Notes: generated from the sequence alone by a model not told the origin. 64,000 nucleotides of DNA from an uncultured Candidatus Saccharibacteria bacterium (GCA_964496425.1 CAZBZO010000004.1:23118-87117), one strand, 5' to 3'; positions 1 to 8,437 are shown, numbered from the stretch's first letter. Program-made: numbers and translations.

Positions 1-263
1 GGGTCCCACTGATCAGAAAGCCAGACATCGCGCTCGTAGACCTTTACTGGAGAATCAGTGGAGTACATAGAAAAAATCTCTTTGCCGGAGAAATCACTTA
101 CCCTCTTATAAAGCCCGCGCTCATTGCGAAATGAAAGCCGGCGCTGTACTCGGCACAGCGGGCAAAACGTCGGTGCCGGCACTTTCATCCGCTCGTAAAA
201 ATTGCGATCTTCCTGATCGATAATAAAATCTTGTTTGCAGTTTTGGCAAGTTTTTGTTTCCAT
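1..263 (-). CDS. N-terminal part of a cysteine-rich zinc-ribbon protein that continues past the window start and is a paralog of the 1205..2911 protein. My translation begins METKTCQNCKQDFIIDQEDRNFYERMKVPAPTFCPLCRVQRRLSFRNERGLYKR...SMY...VY...W.SDQWDP.
   Basis: Manual translation of the minus strand from the ATG at 263. It aligns motif by motif with the N-terminus of the 568-aa ORF (FII.., FYE., KV.AP.PTFCP.CR.QRR, NER.LY.R, SMY, W.SD.WDP). It is missing from the ORF track because it has no stop within the window. Confidence 0.6.
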   Translation of the reverse strand, partial: METKTCQNCKQDFIIDQEDRNFYERMKVPAPTFCPLCRVQRRLSFRNERGLYKRVSDFSGKEIFSMYSTDSPVKVYERDVWLSDQWD

Positions 264-265
264 TT

Positions 266-622
266 CTAATTATTATTTGGATCTTCCGATGAAGGCTGAT
301 CAAAAGGATCTATGGTTAACTTCTGTTGATGTATTCCACCTTTATCTGCCATTTCCTTAAAAAAATCTTCTACCGTCTCGTTGAGTTTAGCAACGAGAGC
401 ATCCGAGTGATCACCGCCTTCGTATGCTTGTACAAGAATATCCATCATATTGGCATGTTTTTTATCCATCATAGGATTTTTGCTCAAAGATTGCATGGTC
501 TCAAATGCACTTCTAAAATCTCTCTGATCCACATCCCACTTGATTGATCTGTATGTTATAGATTCTTTATAATTAGTAATCTTTTTTGGGTTAGGGCCTT
601 CGTTGTTACTTTTTGGAGGCAT
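266..622 (-). CDS. hypothetical protein, 118 aa, acidic
   Basis: Complete ORF lying between the hydrolase and the truncated paralog in the same orientation. It has no recognisable motif. Confidence 0.45.
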   Translation of the reverse strand: MPPKSNNEGPNPKKITNYKESITYRSIKWDVDQRDFRSAFETMQSLSKNPMMDKKHANMMDILVQAYEGGDHSDALVAKLNETVEDFFKEMADKGGIHQQKLTIDPFDQPSSEDPNNN

Positions 623-655
623 AATTTTATATTTATCTAATAATTATTCATTATC

Positions 656-1204
656 TCATAATAAATGTATTTTAATGGTAGCGAGAAGCGCTGGGAATTC
701 GCTCATCGGATAAAAATGCCCGGCGTTTGGTAGTTCGTAGTAATCAGTCGAGAGTTTTTCGTGGACAAACCTGGCTTCTTCGATCGGGATGAACGGGTCG
801 TCGAGTGAACTAAACTGCACAATCCATTTTTGATTGCGCTTAATGGCTTCCCAGTTCCACGGCGTATCAAAATAACCACTTGCCTTCTCATCTTCGTGGC
901 CCAAATCTGTATGATACGCAGCGATCAAAACTGATCCGAGGATTTTATGAGTCTCAGCGTAGCGCATCGCTGCTTCAGCGCCCGAAGACCAGCCTAGAAG
1001 AATTGTGTGCTCGTCCGCGCCTAAACTTTCAATAAAGGGCAACCAAAACTCCGCCCGAGCCAAAACCGAGTCAGGATACATGCCGGGCGAAATCACTTCT
1101 ACATCGAGTGTTTCAAGCTCAGACTTAAGCCATGGAAACCATTCGCTATCAGTTGATCCTCCACCATTGCCTGGTATAAAAATGACTTTAATCTCTTGAT
1201 TCAT
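656..1204 (-). CDS. small alpha/beta serine hydrolase (YdeN/RBBP9-like)
   Basis: 182 aa with a GWSSG nucleophile elbow, a downstream Asp and the C-terminal NAGHF His motif. Its start directly abuts the stop of the 568-aa gene, so the two are co-transcribed. Confidence 0.7.
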   Translation of the reverse strand: MNQEIKVIFIPGNGGGSTDSEWFPWLKSELETLDVEVISPGMYPDSVLARAEFWLPFIESLGADEHTILLGWSSGAEAAMRYAETHKILGSVLIAAYHTDLGHEDEKASGYFDTPWNWEAIKRNQKWIVQFSSLDDPFIPIEEARFVHEKLSTDYYELPNAGHFYPMSEFPALLATIKIHLL

Positions 1205-2911
1205 TTAATACACTTCATTTTGATAGCATTCGGGACAATAAATAATCGGTGCATATGCTTCATCATACACTGTCTCTACTTCAACAGCACACTTTGAACA
1301 GTCCCGATTTATAATTTTCAAAAATCGTCTCTTGGCAAGTCTGCGAGTATGACGAACATCGAAACAAACTCTCGGTAAAGGTAGATCCGTTTTGCGGTAG
1401 AAACTTAGTTCATCTTGAGTAATACGATAAACCCCTACTGAATAGGGCTGATCCTTATCTCCACATTCTAATACTTCTTTTAATATAGAATCATCTACTT
1501 CTCCTATCGTCTCAGGCAAATCAGAACTTTTTATAGTTGCCACGTAATTCTTTTTTTCTTTTTCTCGCCATCGATACCCTTTTGAGCCAGCTTCCTCTTT
1601 GGTAATGGGATAAAAATCTATAGCGGCTGTTTCATTGTAAGCAAACGGTGAAAGATCATCCGGGAAATATTCTCCGAAACCATAGGTGATCCCTCGCTTG
1701 TCTACATACGGCATGGCTTTCATATGCTCGATAATTTTAGGTACGAGGGATAAATATTCTTCTTTAGAATATTTCTTGTTTAGAATCGAATACTCGCCTT
1801 TCTTGAGTCCTATGCATCCAAAACAAAAACCTGATCCAGGACAAGAGTCGCTGTAGTAAAGATCATGCGCTCCCATCCAACACTGACTAGAAAAGTAAAT
1901 GTGAGAAATGTTGATCCCACAGTTCTCGGACTCATACACAAGTTCTGCGTGATTCCCCCATTGAAAAAAATCCATAACATCTTGTGCATCAAAAATCCAA
2001 AAAAGATACTTGCCATCTTTCACATTAAGACATCCAAGAGAATTCTTTACATTTTGACAATTGACGAGCCAGTTCCCAGAAACAGTATCAGACTTTAGAG
2101 AATGAATTGAGCGGTGAGGAAATTTTTTCCTGAACTCTTGGAACTGTTGCTTAAACTCCTCCAGGCCAGAAACAGTATTTAGCCCTAGCTCTTTTAGTTT
2201 CGTAAAATACTCTTCCTTTGTATATTTCTTATTGAAAATACAATATGATTGGCTTACCAAATTCACACACCCAATACAGTTGGAGCAATCACGACACGAA
2301 TACAAGAAAAATGATTCTCTACAACCATGGCTTTCTTGTGAAAAAAATGTCTTGTAACAGTTATTACAATCTATACATTCATAACATGACTCACAATCCC
2401 AAACACTAAAACAATCAATGCAATCGGTTATATTTCTTCCGACATAGGAATAGGATGAATCTATACTTCCACTCATACGAAAAACCATATAAGAATTTTT
2501 CATATCATGTGCTCTATGTGTATATTCGCTGTTTACAGATTCCCCTTGTTTAACCAACGCCATACGAGGAACTTTATTTTGAAGCTCAAAAAACTGCTCG
2601 AAGAATGGCCGATTGAAATCATATTCTTGACCATATTGATACGGGTCCCATGCATCGCTGTACCACTCAGATGTACGATAGACTGGAAATGGTGCTTCGG
2701 CAGGATACATACTCAGTATTTTCTGACTAGATAGATCACACTCTCGATAATAGAGGACACGTTCATTCGTTCCCATCATTCTTCGTATCTGCCGACATTC
2801 CGGGCAAAATGTCGGTGGCGCGACTTTGATTTTTTCATAAAACGAAAAATCATCCGGCTCGATGATAAATTCATTTTTACATTTGGCGCAAGCCTTATCT
2901 TGGGATTCCAC
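1205..2911 (-). CDS. cysteine-rich protein with N- and C-terminal zinc ribbons and an internal duplication; function unknown
   Basis: 568-aa ORF. N-terminus has CAKC..x17..CPECRQIRR and the C-terminus has CSKC...CPECYQ. The central region carries dense CxxC/CxC clusters and a repeated NKKY(T/S)KEEY(F/L) segment. Confidence 0.8.
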   Translation of the reverse strand: MESQDKACAKCKNEFIIEPDDFSFYEKIKVAPPTFCPECRQIRRMMGTNERVLYYRECDLSSQKILSMYPAEAPFPVYRTSEWYSDAWDPYQYGQEYDFNRPFFEQFFELQNKVPRMALVKQGESVNSEYTHRAHDMKNSYMVFRMSGSIDSSYSYVGRNITDCIDCFSVWDCESCYECIDCNNCYKTFFSQESHGCRESFFLYSCRDCSNCIGCVNLVSQSYCIFNKKYTKEEYFTKLKELGLNTVSGLEEFKQQFQEFRKKFPHRSIHSLKSDTVSGNWLVNCQNVKNSLGCLNVKDGKYLFWIFDAQDVMDFFQWGNHAELVYESENCGINISHIYFSSQCWMGAHDLYYSDSCPGSGFCFGCIGLKKGEYSILNKKYSKEEYLSLVPKIIEHMKAMPYVDKRGITYGFGEYFPDDLSPFAYNETAAIDFYPITKEEAGSKGYRWREKEKKNYVATIKSSDLPETIGEVDDSILKEVLECGDKDQPYSVGVYRITQDELSFYRKTDLPLPRVCFDVRHTRRLAKRRFLKIINRDCSKCAVEVETVYDEAYAPIIYCPECYQNEVY

Positions 2912-2980
2912 AAGCCAACTCTAGCGCACTCTTTGACTCTATGCAACGAGAGGAGTAGAGTTAAGAAAAACTTCCTTACC

Positions 2981-3901
2981 ATGAAAACAAACATCATAAT
3001 CCTGCTATGGGTGGTGTTTGCTTTCGCAACACTACCACAGAAAACTTGGAGCCAGACTCCATTTTGCGATTACCTTTGCAAGAAACAAGACTCATTGCCT
3101 ATCCGCGAGAAAACGCTATACATAATTTGGCACACAACTGAGGGCCCTTGGCCCGGATGTCGTAATTGGTTGATGCGTGGACCGTGGGGACACTTTGTTA
3201 CCACAAAAACAGGATTTACTGAACGAATCGTAGAAGACGAGCGCTTCGTAGAGCATGCTGGTCATTCTATGTACAATGGAGACACCGCAATATCTAGATT
3301 CTCCGTGAGTATTGAATTCGTACAATATCAGGGTGATACTATTACCCAAGCCCAATACGATAGTGGGATGGTTCTCACTAAATACTTACAGATGAAATAC
3401 TGTATACCTGACAGTTGTGTTTTAATCCATCCAGCAGTGGCATGTTTCTATCCCGGTGACTTCAAATCTAAAAAACGAGTAAGAGGCCGTACAATAATAG
3501 AGACTTATACGACCTACGCTCGAGGACGGAAGCAAGACGCATATGAATTCGCAAATACTGCTTCAAGAGCACGACTGGGAGTCGGACCAGGACCCAGATA
3601 CGATTTGGATGTAGTTATGGGAAGAATGGTTCCTGATGCAGCGCAAGAGAGACTTTTGTATGGAAAAAATTTCTCTATTGCAGAGCTTATAATGTTAAGA
3701 GAAATGATAGAGTATAGGGAAAATCCCATAGCTGTATCAACTTTATCTGTACGGAAATACGAAATATGTAATACCGTCTTGTGGGAAAATGAAATCATTT
3801 TCCAAAAACCCAAAAAGGCATTCTCGATTGATACATATTTCAAAAGAGAAGATGAAATCGGTATTACGGGAAAAGCATTTTTAAAATTTCTTAGCGAGTA
3901 A
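2981..3901 (+). CDS. secreted N-acetylmuramoyl-L-alanine amidase (Amidase_2/PGRP-type domain)
   Basis: The ORF runs from 2900, but the signal peptide MKTNIIILLWVVFAFATLPQKTWSQ begins at 2981. IIWHTTEGPW..., H...IEFV resemble the amidase_2 Zn-binding core. Confidence 0.65.
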   Translation: MKTNIIILLWVVFAFATLPQKTWSQTPFCDYLCKKQDSLPIREKTLYIIWHTTEGPWPGCRNWLMRGPWGHFVTTKTGFTERIVEDERFVEHAGHSMYNGDTAISRFSVSIEFVQYQGDTITQAQYDSGMVLTKYLQMKYCIPDSCVLIHPAVACFYPGDFKSKKRVRGRTIIETYTTYARGRKQDAYEFANTASRARLGVGPGPRYDLDVVMGRMVPDAAQERLLYGKNFSIAELIMLREMIEYRENPIAVSTLSVRKYEICNTVLWENEIIFQKPKKAFSIDTYFKREDEIGITGKAFLKFLSE

Positions 3902-3933
3902 ATCAGGCTTCGGTCAGATTTACTCGCTTTTTC
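3894..3933. terminator. perfect 11-bp hairpin (gcgagtaaatc/gatttactcgc) followed by tttttc, lying between the convergent amidase and trmD genes
   Basis: Inverted repeat read directly from the sequence. The first arm overlaps the amidase stop codon. Confidence 0.6.
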
Positions 3934-4606
3934 TTTGCTTCCACTTCTCTATTTCCTTATGATTCCCGGAAAGCAGTACTTTCGGCACGCGGTACTTTTT
4001 TTTATTATGAACCAGAATTTCTGGTCGAGTATAAAATTCACTTGATGAGATGCGTTCTTCTTCGAGCGATTCGAATTTGCCCAGTACTCCTGGAATCTGG
4101 CGAGATAGTGTATCAATCAGTATCATAGCTGGCAATTCCCCTCCTGTTACAACATAGTCCCCGATGGAAATTTTTTTAGTCTTCAATATTTTGTCCACAC
4201 GCGCATCAATACCTTCATAGCGGCCGCATAAAAGAATAATATCGGTATGTTTTTTTGCCACATTTTTTACATACGCGGTGGTGAGTTTTTCCCCTGAAGG
4301 TACGAAATTAACGATGAGCGTTTTTGATTTTTTATTTTTTTTAATTCTTTTTTCGATATGCTCTACCGCTTTCAAAATCGGCTCGGCGCGCATGATCATC
4401 CCCGGTCCCCCGCCAAACGGCCGATCATCCACGATCGCAGAAATGTTGCCGTCTGGCCAGACCTTTTTGTACTTGCCCACCACAAACTTCCGTGGATTGT
4501 AAAAATCCACCTTGATTTTTTTTTCTCGTATGGCCCGACCAATAATCGATTCTTTCAAATAGGAATCAAAGGATTCCGGGAAAATAGTAACTATATGATA
4601 GTTCAT
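3920..4606 (-). CDS. trmD: tRNA (guanine37-N1)-methyltransferase TrmD
   Basis: MNYHIVTIFPE..., ...GGGPGM..., LLCGRYEGIDARV, GDYVVTGGELPA. The ORF extends to 4669, but the conserved N-terminus starts at the Met at 4606. Confidence 0.9.
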   Translation of the reverse strand: MNYHIVTIFPESFDSYLKESIIGRAIREKKIKVDFYNPRKFVVGKYKKVWPDGNISAIVDDRPFGGGPGMIMRAEPILKAVEHIEKRIKKNKKSKTLIVNFVPSGEKLTTAYVKNVAKKHTDIILLCGRYEGIDARVDKILKTKKISIGDYVVTGGELPAMILIDTLSRQIPGVLGKFESLEEERISSSEFYTRPEILVHNKKKYRVPKVLLSGNHKEIEKWKQRKSE

Positions 4607-4650
4607 AGGCTGTAGGGTATAGGTTTTAGCAAAAAATGCAAATTGGATAG

Positions 4651-4684
4651 TACGACAAAAGCCGCCCATGGGCGGCTTTTGTCT
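4651..4684 (-). terminator. hairpin aaaagccgccc-atg-ggcggctttt between the KH gene and trmD; possibly an attenuator or internal terminator
   Basis: GC stem with T-runs readable on either strand. Confidence 0.45.
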
Positions 4685-4696
4685 TCACTTTAAAAC

Positions 4697-5017
4697 TTAA
4701 ATTCCTTTCAAATCTGCCATTGCTTCGTCCACTGAACTAGATGATGGTGCAGCACTCCCACTCATGTGCGTGCTTCCTTCTGGCTCGTTGATCTTCAGAT
4801 TCACGCGAGCATTGTTTTTCATGCCAATGACGCGAAGAAGCGTGCGGATCGCCTTGGCAGTGTTGCCCATGCGTCCGATGACCTTGCCCATGTCGGCAGG
4901 ATTTACAGAAAGCGTGATAAGTACACCCATTTCATCCACTGTGCGATCAATCTTTACATCAGAAGGGTTATCGACGAGAGATTTGACCACGTACTCAAGA
5001 AATGCTTTATCTTCCAT
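4697..5017 (-). CDS. KH-domain RNA-binding protein (KhpA/YlqC-like)
   Basis: 106 aa with VIGRMGNTAKAIRTL, the KH GXXG-like core. It sits in the canonical position between rpsP and trmD. Confidence 0.8.
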   Translation of the reverse strand: MEDKAFLEYVVKSLVDNPSDVKIDRTVDEMGVLITLSVNPADMGKVIGRMGNTAKAIRTLLRVIGMKNNARVNLKINEPEGSTHMSGSAAPSSSSVDEAMADLKGI

Positions 5018-5079
5018 ATGTTTGCTGTACGGTCTATTTGTATTTTAATGCAGCGTTTCGACTTCGACTGCTTATAGCT

Positions 5080-5108
5080 AGTATAGTATGACCAAAAGCG
5101 AGTGTCAA
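5080..5108 (-). promoter_or_regulatory. sigma70 consensus promoter TTGACA-17-TATACT, reading toward the KH-trmD genes
   Basis: On the minus strand: ttgaca (5108-5103), a 17-nt spacer, tatact (5085-5080). It lies about 55 nt upstream of the KH start codon. Confidence 0.6.
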
Positions 5109-5138
5109 TAAAAAAGAAGCAGTCATATCGACTGCTTC
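5107..5138 (-). terminator. rho-independent terminator after the propeller-repeat gene (gaagcagtc-atatc-gactgcttc, then a U-run on the minus strand)
   Basis: 9-bp stem. The minus-strand downstream sequence is cttttttatt. Confidence 0.6.
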
Positions 5139-5158
5139 TTCCTCTACAAAAGAGGATT

Positions 5159-6712
5159 TTACATTTTCTGAATTTTCTTACTTACATATGTACCATTATT
5201 TTTAATAATACTGATGATATACATACCAGGCAAAAAATTCTTTGTGTTAAAGTTATTACCTTCTATCCCCACCAACCGAACTCGTCCTATCACGTCGGTT
5301 ATTGTTACCATTTGGAAGTTACCTTCAATCACAATATAGTCGGTAAAGGGATTTGGGTAAACCTTATAATCACTATTAGTAGTAGAAATAACACCGGTTG
5401 GAATTGAACGTTCAAGCATGGCAACCCATATATCGTACTCACCATGGTTGCCTGTAACATCACCGTCAATCGACATACTATGTCCTGCGACGATATAGGA
5501 TCCATAGGAAGTTTGTGTAATTACACATATTCCCCCTTCGACTTCTGTGCCACCGAGGCATTTCTGCCATTCTATATCTCCATCGATAGTGAGTTTCAAT
5601 ATCCAAAAATCATACCAGCCGTGATTACCAGACACATCGCCGTCATTGGACATAGTTGCTCCCGCAACAATATATCCGCCATCAATCGTTTGCTTTACCG
5701 AAAACGATTGGTCGTCCGACACACCACCGAGTGATTTTTGCCATTGGATATTTCCCACTGTATCAAGCTTCACAATCCAATAATCATTACCCCCGTGATT
5801 GCCGGTAACATCAAAGTTAAGGGAACTAGCGTTGCCAGATAAAATATATCCTCCGTCAATCGTTTGTTCAATTGAGTATCCTGCAACATCAATGTCGCTC
5901 CCGCCAAGGCACTTCTGCCACTGTATTACTCCAACCGAATCCAATTTCACCACCCAATAATCAGAGCTGCCATGAATTCCGGAAACATCACCGTTTGATG
6001 AATACGTCCAACCACTGGCGATGTATCCACCATCTTTTGTCTGCCGAATACAAAAAGGGAAATCCACAGATGTGCCTCCCAATGATTTTTGCCATTCGAT
6101 GTTCCCTACGGCATCTAACTTGGCTATCCAATAATCCAAATTGCCGTGGTTGCCAGAAACATCACCATCATTCGAAGCTGAAGCTGAAACTACGATGTAA
6201 CCACCGTCATTCGTTTGGCGAACAGAAAAGGACTCTTCGTCTTCGGTGCCACCAAGGCATTTCTGCCATTCAATAATTCCAAGCGTGTTAATTTTAACGA
6301 CCCAGGTATCGGTCATGCCGTGGTTACTTGAGACATCAAAATCATTAGAGTAACTGAAGCCCGATACAATAAATCCTCCATCAGCAGTCTCTGTAATAGA
6401 GCGTGCTTGATCGGAGCCGCTGCCACCCAAAGACACCTGCCAGATCAGATTTCCACTGGTATCAATTTTTACAATCCAGAAATCATGATCTCCATGGTTA
6501 CCGGACACATCACCGTCATCTGAGTTGCTATAGCCGGCAAAAACGAAGTTGCCATCTGAGGTTGGAGTAAGTGCATACACCACCTCGATGCTACTCCCAC
6601 CAAAGGATTTTTCCCATTTGATTTCAGGCGCTTGCGCTTGTGCAAAATAAAAAGAAAAAATCAATGCCGCACAACTCATGGCTGTCAGCAGGAAATTGGA
6701 AAACTGTTTCAT
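5159..6712 (-). CDS. secreted repeat protein with about 9 tandem ~55-aa propeller-like repeats and a C-terminal T9SS type-A (Por) sorting domain
   Basis: Repeats of consensus W(Q/E)KSLGG(S/T)..D...SI.QT.DGGYI..G...S.DGDVSGNHG..D.W(V/I)VKLD..G.I. The C-terminus YKVYPNPFTDYIVIEG...VTITDVIGRVRL...FLPGMYIISI...NGTYVSKKIQK matches the T9SS CTD pattern. A signal peptide follows the Met at 6712. Confidence 0.75.
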   Translation of the reverse strand: MKQFSNFLLTAMSCAALIFSFYFAQAQAPEIKWEKSFGGSSIEVVYALTPTSDGNFVFAGYSNSDDGDVSGNHGDHDFWIVKIDTSGNLIWQVSLGGSGSDQARSITETADGGFIVSGFSYSNDFDVSSNHGMTDTWVVKINTLGIIEWQKCLGGTEDEESFSVRQTNDGGYIVVSASASNDGDVSGNHGNLDYWIAKLDAVGNIEWQKSLGGTSVDFPFCIRQTKDGGYIASGWTYSSNGDVSGIHGSSDYWVVKLDSVGVIQWQKCLGGSDIDVAGYSIEQTIDGGYILSGNASSLNFDVTGNHGGNDYWIVKLDTVGNIQWQKSLGGVSDDQSFSVKQTIDGGYIVAGATMSNDGDVSGNHGWYDFWILKLTIDGDIEWQKCLGGTEVEGGICVITQTSYGSYIVAGHSMSIDGDVTGNHGEYDIWVAMLERSIPTGVISTTNSDYKVYPNPFTDYIVIEGNFQMVTITDVIGRVRLVGIEGNNFNTKNFLPGMYIISIIKNNGTYVSKKIQKM

Positions 6713-6782
6713 ACGAACGTTTTTTGGTTTAATTTTTGAAGAAATAGAATTTGTCTCCCAAACCATACCACTCAAAACACAA

Positions 6783-6822
6783 AAGCGCAAGGCCGAGGGG
6801 CCGTGCGCTTTTGTTAGTATTT
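6783..6822. terminator. hairpin agcgcaaggcc-gagg-ggccgtgcgct flanked by A/T runs; a bidirectional terminator after rpsP
   Basis: Imperfect 10-bp GC stem with one mismatch. There is a T-run on both strands. Confidence 0.5.
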
Positions 6823-6831
6823 TTTTGATTA

Positions 6832-7137
6832 TTACGCTGCTTTCAATTCTTTGCGTTTCTTGGTTGGACTCTTGCGTGGAAGGACATTTTTCTTGCGGCC
6901 TTCAACGAGTTTTTTTGAAATGAGGAAATTCTGCATAGTATCCGAAGTCTGTGCGCCGACACTCATCCAATATTTGATGCGGTCTTCTTTTAAGGTCACT
7001 TCCCCTTTCTTTGGATCGTACGCACCGAGGATTTCCAAAAAGCGCCCACTTTTGGTGCTGTTTTTTGAGTCCGTCAGAACGACTCGAAATGAGGCTTCGT
7101 TCTTACGGCCAATGCGCTGCAATCTGATCATTAACAT
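6832..7137 (-). CDS. rpsP: 30S ribosomal protein S16
   Basis: MLMIRLQRIGRKNEASFRVVLTDSK...ILGAYDP, classic bS16. Confidence 0.95.
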   Translation of the reverse strand: MLMIRLQRIGRKNEASFRVVLTDSKNSTKSGRFLEILGAYDPKKGEVTLKEDRIKYWMSVGAQTSDTMQNFLISKKLVEGRKKNVLPRKSPTKKRKELKAA

Positions 7138-7143
7138 CCCGCT

Positions 7144-7173
7144 ATCTTACCAGAATGGGCTTGAAAGGTCAAC
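7144..7173 (-). promoter_or_regulatory. sigma70-like promoter TTGACC-17-TAAGAT ending 6 nt before the rpsP ATG, which implies a leaderless rpsP mRNA
   Basis: On the minus strand: ttgacc (7173-7168), a 17-nt spacer, taagat (7149-7144), then agcggg-ATG. Confidence 0.45.
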
Positions 7174-7290
7174 AGGCCCTTCTGGGATATAGCTTTAGGA
7201 GGCTACAGAGCTTTTTGCTATACTAGGAAAAGCATTTGTTTTAAGCAATGCTACGACATTATTATTAATACTATAAAAATTTATATAGAA

Positions 7291-8055
7291 ATGAAAACAC
7301 AAAAAATAGTTACATCGTTGATACTGGTAGCTTTCTTGGCAACTGGCATTTCGGTCGCCCAAGCAGAAACACCAGCCTTGGATAAAATGGTAGCGCCACA
7401 AAAGCCTACTCTTATGCCAAAGCCATATGAGAATCCATCTGTGATGGTTCCCAAAGATCGCCCAATGCCGACAAGTGCAAGTGGTGTTATGCCAGTAAAA
7501 GGTGGTATCAGCCATCCGTTTGGGCAATTACCAGAAGTAGCAGAAGCCAATCGAGCTCGCGTACAGGCTATGATCGAAAGTCACAAAACAGAGATCACTG
7601 AACGACAAGACGCACTGAAAGCCAAACTTATTGAACACAGAGACCAATTGGCAGAGCGTTTTGGAGAAAAAAAGGCTGGAGAAATTGTACAGGTACGTGA
7701 AAATGTAGCTGAGCAATTTGGTGAAGTCTTGCTCAAACTCCGAAGTGCGGAAGAAAAGCTCGACAATCTACTCTCAATGCTTGAAGAACGCGGTATGGAT
7801 ACTGCAAGCAACCGTGCAGTATTTGAAACTGCCTCAAGTGATATCGCTGCAGCTGAAACCGCTATCGCCAATCTGCAAAATATCGCGGCAAGCGATACTG
7901 ACGGTGCAGCCACAGTAAAAGAAGCGGGTGCTCGCGCACGTACTGCTGTAGAAAAAGCAAAACAATCAACACTTGCTGCATTCACTGCAATCCGAACTCT
8001 TATTAGCGCCGAAGCTTCCGTGAAAACAAACACTGAAGCGACAGCAAGTAACTAA
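7291..8055 (+). CDS. secreted Ala-rich coiled-coil protein, unknown function
   Basis: Signal peptide MKTQKIVTSLILVAFLATGISVAQA, followed by helical heptad-like A/E/K-rich sequence. Confidence 0.6.
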   Translation: MKTQKIVTSLILVAFLATGISVAQAETPALDKMVAPQKPTLMPKPYENPSVMVPKDRPMPTSASGVMPVKGGISHPFGQLPEVAEANRARVQAMIESHKTEITERQDALKAKLIEHRDQLAERFGEKKAGEIVQVRENVAEQFGEVLLKLRSAEEKLDNLLSMLEERGMDTASNRAVFETASSDIAAAETAIANLQNIAASDTDGAATVKEAGARARTAVEKAKQSTLAAFTAIRTLISAEASVKTNTEATASN

Positions 8056-8070
8056 CACACATACAAATTT

Positions 8071-8343
8071 ATGGAACCAAACACAAACCCAGCCGCAACG
8101 ACGACAAATATCAACACCACAGTGACAGACAAGAGCAGCAATAAAATGGTTGTAGTACTCATCATACTCGTTGCCATCGTTGCTTTAGCCTTCTATGTCA
8201 TGAAGCAAAAGGAAAGCGCGATGATCACACCACAAAATCCATCTCAGCAATCAACTGGCGATGACACACTCGATGAGCTCAATAGTATTGAAGCAGATCT
8301 CAATAGTGTCGACACCGCCACACTCGACGCCGGCCTCGAATAA
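8071..8343 (+). CDS. small single-pass membrane protein
   Basis: 90 aa with a central TM segment VVVLIILVAIVALAFYV. It is followed by a terminator. Confidence 0.5.
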   Translation: MEPNTNPAATTTNINTTVTDKSSNKMVVVLIILVAIVALAFYVMKQKESAMITPQNPSQQSTGDDTLDELNSIEADLNSVDTATLDAGLE

Positions 8344-8360
8344 ACATTTTGTAAGTCTCA

Positions 8361-8390
8361 AAAAAGGCTCGTATGAGCCTTTTTTGTTTG
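8361..8390 (+). terminator. rho-independent terminator (aggctc-gtat-gagcct followed by tttttg)
   Basis: Hairpin plus T-run immediately after the stop at 8343. Confidence 0.6.
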
Positions 8391-8437
8391 CCTTAAAACA
8401 TACAAATACCCTAGAAAAGATATGTTATGATAGAAAA

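Noticed and set aside
1205-2911. The Cys-rich 568-aa protein as a radical-SAM or ferredoxin enzyme.
   Set aside because: There is no CxxxCxxC or CxxCxxCxxxCP spacing. The Cys pattern is CxxC ribbons plus irregular CxC/CxxC clusters.
5444-8033. Plus-strand ORFs inside the propeller-repeat gene (5872..6276) and the minus-strand ORF 7581..8033 inside the Ala-rich protein gene.
   Set aside because: These are antisense shadows of repetitive or Ala-rich coding sequence. The sense-strand genes have signal peptides and a coherent repeat structure.
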